Shown here: one piece after another, positions 59,280-64,000 of the stretch
Layout: every line of letters starts with the position of its first letter
How positions within the stretch are numbered: position 1 is the stretch's first letter
Assembly: GCF_009914755.1 (NCBI RefSeq)
Contig: NC_060926.1
Length of the DNA stretch: 64,000 bases
DNA from: the human T2T-CHM13v2.0 reference genome, Homo sapiens
Strand: one strand, 5' to 3'
Position numbers and translations under genes: made by a program
Notes under the pieces: generated by a model
Told to the model about the DNA's origin: nothing
What the model saw: the letters and a program-made list of their open reading frames with translations, nothing else
The model's database searches: none

Positions 59280-59700
59280 TGTGTATTGAACAAAAGATAA
59301 GTTTAAGTCCTAATCCCTGGGATCTGTGAATGTAACGTTATTTGAAAATAAGGTATTTGCAGACACTAAATTTAAAATAAATAAATAAAAAACTAGTCAA
59401 GTTAAAAGGAGGTCACACTGGATTAGGGCATTCTCTGAACTCAATGACTCGTGTCCATATAAGGAGAGAGAGATTTGAACACACAGAGAAAGCACACAGG
59501 AGAAAGATTTGTGAAGACAGAGGCAGAAATTGGAGCCATCGTGCCACAAACCAAAGAATGCCGGAGATTGTAGGCAAAAAACAGACACCAGAAAAGGCAA
59601 GGCAGGATTCCTTCCTAGGTCCTTTTCATGGGTGTGGCCCTTATTCTTTCATTACGATGAGTTATAAACAAAGAACTTTCTTACTTTTTTGAAGTTCTGA
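59280..59700 (+). mobile_element. MLT1C-like LTR
   Basis: CTGTGAATGTAACGTTATTTGAAAATAAGG...GTGAAGACAGAGGCAGAAATTGGAG. Confidence 0.85.
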
Positions 59701-61072
59701 AGAGGAAACAATTTTGAAACCCAGAAGAGAACTGCAGTTTGCTGTGCTTTAGGTTTAGTTTGAAGGTAATTTCATTTTTCATTTTCTTAGACTTTTAAGA
59801 ACTTGTTAAGTGTTCTCTTCTTATATAAACAGCATGTTTAAATAATAATTTATTGTTTGATTTTTCTGAAGCTTGTAAGTTTTTATTTTAAAAATTAAGT
59901 AATATAGAACATAACAAATATAAAAAATGTCACGGAAAATTCCCCAGAAATGACACAATTATATTACTATCTTTGCAGCTATTTCTCTAGGTAGATAAAA
60001 AGAATAAAGGTTATGATAATATAGAGCAAAAAAAAAAATTTAAAAAGATGTGATCATACTGTATAGTCTGGATTAAAAAAACACTTAAAATGTCACATTA
60101 ACAGAAGAAAAATAAAACAGCTAGAAACAGAAGTTATTGATAAAATTCCTAGACATAGTCATAGTCACAGATAACTTTTCATTTGTTGTTATAATTTAAT
60201 ATTTTGATTTCTCAAGTTTTATGATACTTAACTCATGATTTTACAGCTATTACTATTAGTCTTAAAGAGTAGAGTTAATTGCATTCAGTACTTATCTTCT
60301 TTTACTTTTTTATTTCTTATTCTAATTCATCTCACTGAGAGTTATAGTTCATTGGCAAGGTTTTTCAAGAAGGGTTCACAGGACAACATTTATGGAGTTT
60401 TTGTGTGGATATTTTTCTACTGTCTTTTAATATATTGTATGTTGTATTGTTGCAGATGCACTTTTACTGTGATGTCTACATACATATTTTGGAAAGCTGG
60501 CTTTTGTCATCAAATAATTTTTCTAAGAAAGGTTCATGCAAGCTATATTCCCAAATTCTTTCCTGTTCAAATGTTTTTATTGCCTTTATATTGGAGGAAA
60601 ACATGACTGGATATTATGTTTGAGATTCATTTTCTTTTTAATCAATCTCTGTCAATTTTTTGGGGAGGACCTGGAATGTCAAGAGTAAGACTGGACTGTC
60701 CCCCCATCCACCCTTTGAAAGTGACTTGCTTTGCTTTCTAAATTTCTTCTTTTCACACTCCTCCTCTCTTTCCTCGCTTTTCTTCTATTGCTTCTCTTTC
60801 TCTGCCTCCTTTTCTCTCTTAACGTTCTGTAGCCTATCTATTAATACTACTCTATGCTTATCCTCAGATTCAGGAATAACTGTGCAAATGTTCAAGAGGT
60901 TGTACTCTTTCCTATAAAATGACTTTTTAAGAATGGTTTGGGAGGGGGGGTAGGTATCTAGAAATTATGCGGAGTCATGCCACAAATGTTTTCTTTCTTT
61001 GTCACAATTTTTTAGAGGTTGTTGACTTTCCCCTGCTTTCATTTGTATTATTTCATCAAACATTATTCTGCA

Positions 61073-61385
61073 TGTTTTTGTGAGGGTGTTTCTGGAGGAG
61101 GTTAACATTTAAGTCCATGGACTTTGGGTAAAGTAGATTGCCTTGCTTAATATTGGATAAGTCTCATCCAGTGGACTGAAAGCATGAATAACACAAACAA
61201 ATGACCTCCCCCAAGCAAGAAGGACTTTTCCAGCAGAGGGTCTTTGGACTTAAACTGCAGCATTGACTCTTCCCTGGATCTCCAGCCTGATAGCCCACTG
61301 TGCAGATTTTGGACTTAACCTCCATAATCACATAAGCCAATGCCTCAAAACCTTTATATCTGTATTTATATTTATATCTGTGTCA

Positions 61386-61435
<50 letters not shown>

Positions 61436-61475
61436 CCTAATGGTTCTGGTTTACTGAAGAACCCTGACTAATACA
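61073..61475 (+). mobile_element. MLT2B-like LTR with (CA)n at about 61389-61434
   Basis: TGTGAGGGTGTTTCTGGA...GAACCCTGACTAATACA. Confidence 0.88.
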
Positions 61476-63125
61476 GAATGCCTTAATTACTTCAAAAAAA
61501 ATTCATAAATGAACACAGAATTAGGGCAAACACAATTTTGGAGGGGAATGAGTGTGTATGTGAGGGGAAAAGAAAAACATAAAAATGAAACAAATCCTTA
61601 GCCAAGAAAAAAAAATCGTCTTCCCTTTGTTAAAAGAAGAATGCTAGGAATTAAAATTCAAGCTGTTTGTGTTCTTCTGATTTCATGTGTTTTGATACCA
61701 CTTATTATTTAGCCGTAGGTTTTGACAATCCTTTTCCCACAGCATGATTCGACGTCTCAACTTAAACACCTAAGCTAGTTACTAGCAAAACGGAATCTAG
61801 TTGTCAATTTTGTAATAGTCCTGCTCCATAATGAAAAATATAAAAAACGGGTTTCATTTCTAGAGGCTACTTGGCAGCTTGCCTGAAAAAGACACTCTTA
61901 ATATTTTCTTAGCCAAATCTTTGTACATTGCCAATCCAGATCACATATTGTGTGGGTCATTCACCTTCACTCCTTCATAAAAATACCATCTTGTCAGAAT
62001 ATCATGTTCATAAGTCCTGACCTTCAAGCTAAAATTCAAAGTCAGTAGCAAAAGTTGGCTTCTGTTTTATTTGTCTGTTGAAAATTTTTATAGAGGACAA
62101 ATGACCTCAGTTGCAGTATATTCTGTACTCACTGAGCCCTGTACACTCAATCATAAATGAGAAGATTTTGATACCTTCCAGAATGATGAGCACTAAGAGT
62201 CTAAGTCACTTATGTGCTTTTTGGATGTAATAAAGTCCTGCTTCTGATTCTGTTTTTCATCATGATTATTGGAAGATTACTTTCGTACTGTAAGACAGAT
62301 ATTATGAAAATAAAATTATTATTTGACTACATACAATTCATCATAGATTTTCCTGGCTTTAAATGATGTAAATTTATTTAGTTACCATAATAATTTAAGA
62401 ATTATTGGTCAGTTAATAACAATATTTTAAAAGTTATTATATTCAGTATATAAAGTAAAATGGTAGAATCCACATTATAGTGTATGAGTATTTGTGTATA
62501 AATTAGGATATTGTAGGTTAGTTGACTCTCATTTAGCAAAATGTCACATCCCTATATAAAGAAATGTAAATAAAGACTATTTTTATTGCATCAAAAAACT
62601 GCATAACATTAACTTTTATGCAGACAATTTACTTTCTGGCCTAGAGAGCAATGTGAGACATTTTTACTCATGATTACTTATTCTGGAAATTAGGATTAAC
62701 AAATCAAAACATTACTTTGATCGTGTAAAATACGCCTAATATCAAAGGAAATACAATAGCATTTTTTTAGTGTTTTGGAATAATATTTTGATGAGGAGAT
62801 TATGGAGATTGTCATCAGACACTTTTTTGAAATGCAATTGTGTCATGTCTCTATTATATAGGTAAAGCTATTTAGTCTCTCTAAGCTTCAATATTATCTA
62901 TATAGCCATAAGACTATGGGAAGGAGGAAGGAAGTAAAGAGTGGAAATCATCTAGCATTATCTGGCATATGTAGACAACATTTACTTACCTATTTCCCTC
63001 GAGTCTCAATTTTTCTGTCTTTAATATACGGGTAAAGTTATTAACTCACAGAAGTTTTGTAAGAATTAAATATGATGTCATATGAAAGTGCTCAGTGTAG
63101 TACCAGGAAAATCATGTATGGATAA

Positions 63126-63505
63126 TATCTTAGTTCAGTTTGTGCTGATATAACAGAATACCTGAAACTGAGTAGTTTATGAAGATAAGGAATTTATTGG
63201 CTCACAATTCTGGAGGCTGAGAATTACAGGAGCATGATGTCAGCATCTTCCTAGCTTCTGCTGAGGGCCTTCATCCTTCTTCGTCCCATAGTGAAAGGTG
63301 AAAGGGCAAGAGAAGATGAGCAAGAGCAAGAAGTGGCTGAACTTGTTTTTATAACAAACTCCCTCCTACAGTAACATTACTCCATTCATGAAGGCAGTAT
63401 CCTCATGACCTAATCTCCTCTTAAAGATCTCACCTCTTAACACTGCTCCACTGGGGATCAAATTTCCAACATATGAATTTTGGAGGACACATTTGAAACA
63501 TGGCA
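63126..63505 (-). mobile_element. MST (MSTB/C-like) LTR
   Basis: AATTTATTGGCTCACAATTCTGGAGGCTG...GGACACATTTGAAACATGGCA. Confidence 0.88.
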
Positions 63506-63507
63506 GG

Positions 63508-63870
63508 TAGTATGGTTTGGAAATTTGCCCACTTCAAAACTGATGTTGAAATTTAATCCCAAATGTGCCTGTATTGAGTAGTGGGGCCTTAAAGAGAGCA
63601 GAGCCCTTATGAATGGGTTCATGAATCAATTCATGAATGAAGGGATTAATGAGTAATTATGAGAGTGGGACTGGTGGCTTTGTAAGAAGAGGCAGACAGA
63701 CCAGAGCCAGTACACTCAGCCCCTAGCCATGGGATACCCTGAGATACCCCAGGACTCTGCTGAGAGTCCTCACAAGCAAGAAGAACTTCACCAGATGCCA
63801 CTCCTTGACTTTGGATTTCTCAGCCTCCAAAATTGTAAGAAATAAATTCATTTGTATATTGATTACCCAG
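63508..63870 (+). mobile_element. MST LTR (MSTB-like)
   Basis: TATGGTTTGGA...ATGTTGAAATTTAATCCC...GTAAGAAATAAATTC...ATTACCCAG. Confidence 0.88.
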
Positions 63871-64000
63871 TGTATTAGACTGTTTGTGCTACTATATAAG
63901 AATGTATGAGACTGGGTAATTTATTTTTGAAAGAAGCCCAATTGGCTCACAGTTTTATAGGATATACAGAAAGTGTGATGCTGACATCTACTTATGGTGA
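63871..64000 (-). mobile_element. MSTA-like LTR, cut by the window edge, nested in the previous LTR
   Basis: TGTATTAG...TGAGACTGGGTAATTTAT...AATTGGCTCACAGTT. Confidence 0.85.

Overview
This is AT-rich primate, probably hominid, non-coding DNA (intergenic or deep intronic). I can recognise no host protein-coding exon, RNA gene or CRISPR array, and I cannot name the locus. The centrepiece is a full-length, TSD-flanked L1PA2/late-L1PA3 element (17373-23368, +). Its ORF1 and ORF2 are disabled, but it keeps an intact CpG-rich 5'UTR, an intact antisense ORF0 and an intact endonuclease domain. Around it lie 7 Alus, several solo LTRs (THE1/MST, MER52, an LTR21/ERV9-like LTR, LTR41, MLT1, MLT2), a MADE1 MITE, old L1/L2/MIR debris and many (CA)n microsatellites. 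Almost all ORF-track entries are chance ORFs or repeat-derived. I do not see evidence for a new biological system. The best leads, all inferences needing transcript or conservation data, are: (1) a possible minus-strand L1-antisense-promoter/ORF0 chimeric transcript with an in-frame downstream exon candidate; (2) a CpG-retaining solo LTR with NF-kB/AP-1/ETS/CCAAT sites, back-to-back with MER52; (3) a miR-548-like MADE1 hairpin; (4) a few motif-dense unique segments that look like enhancers. Repeat subfamily names come from memory of consensus sequences, not from a search.
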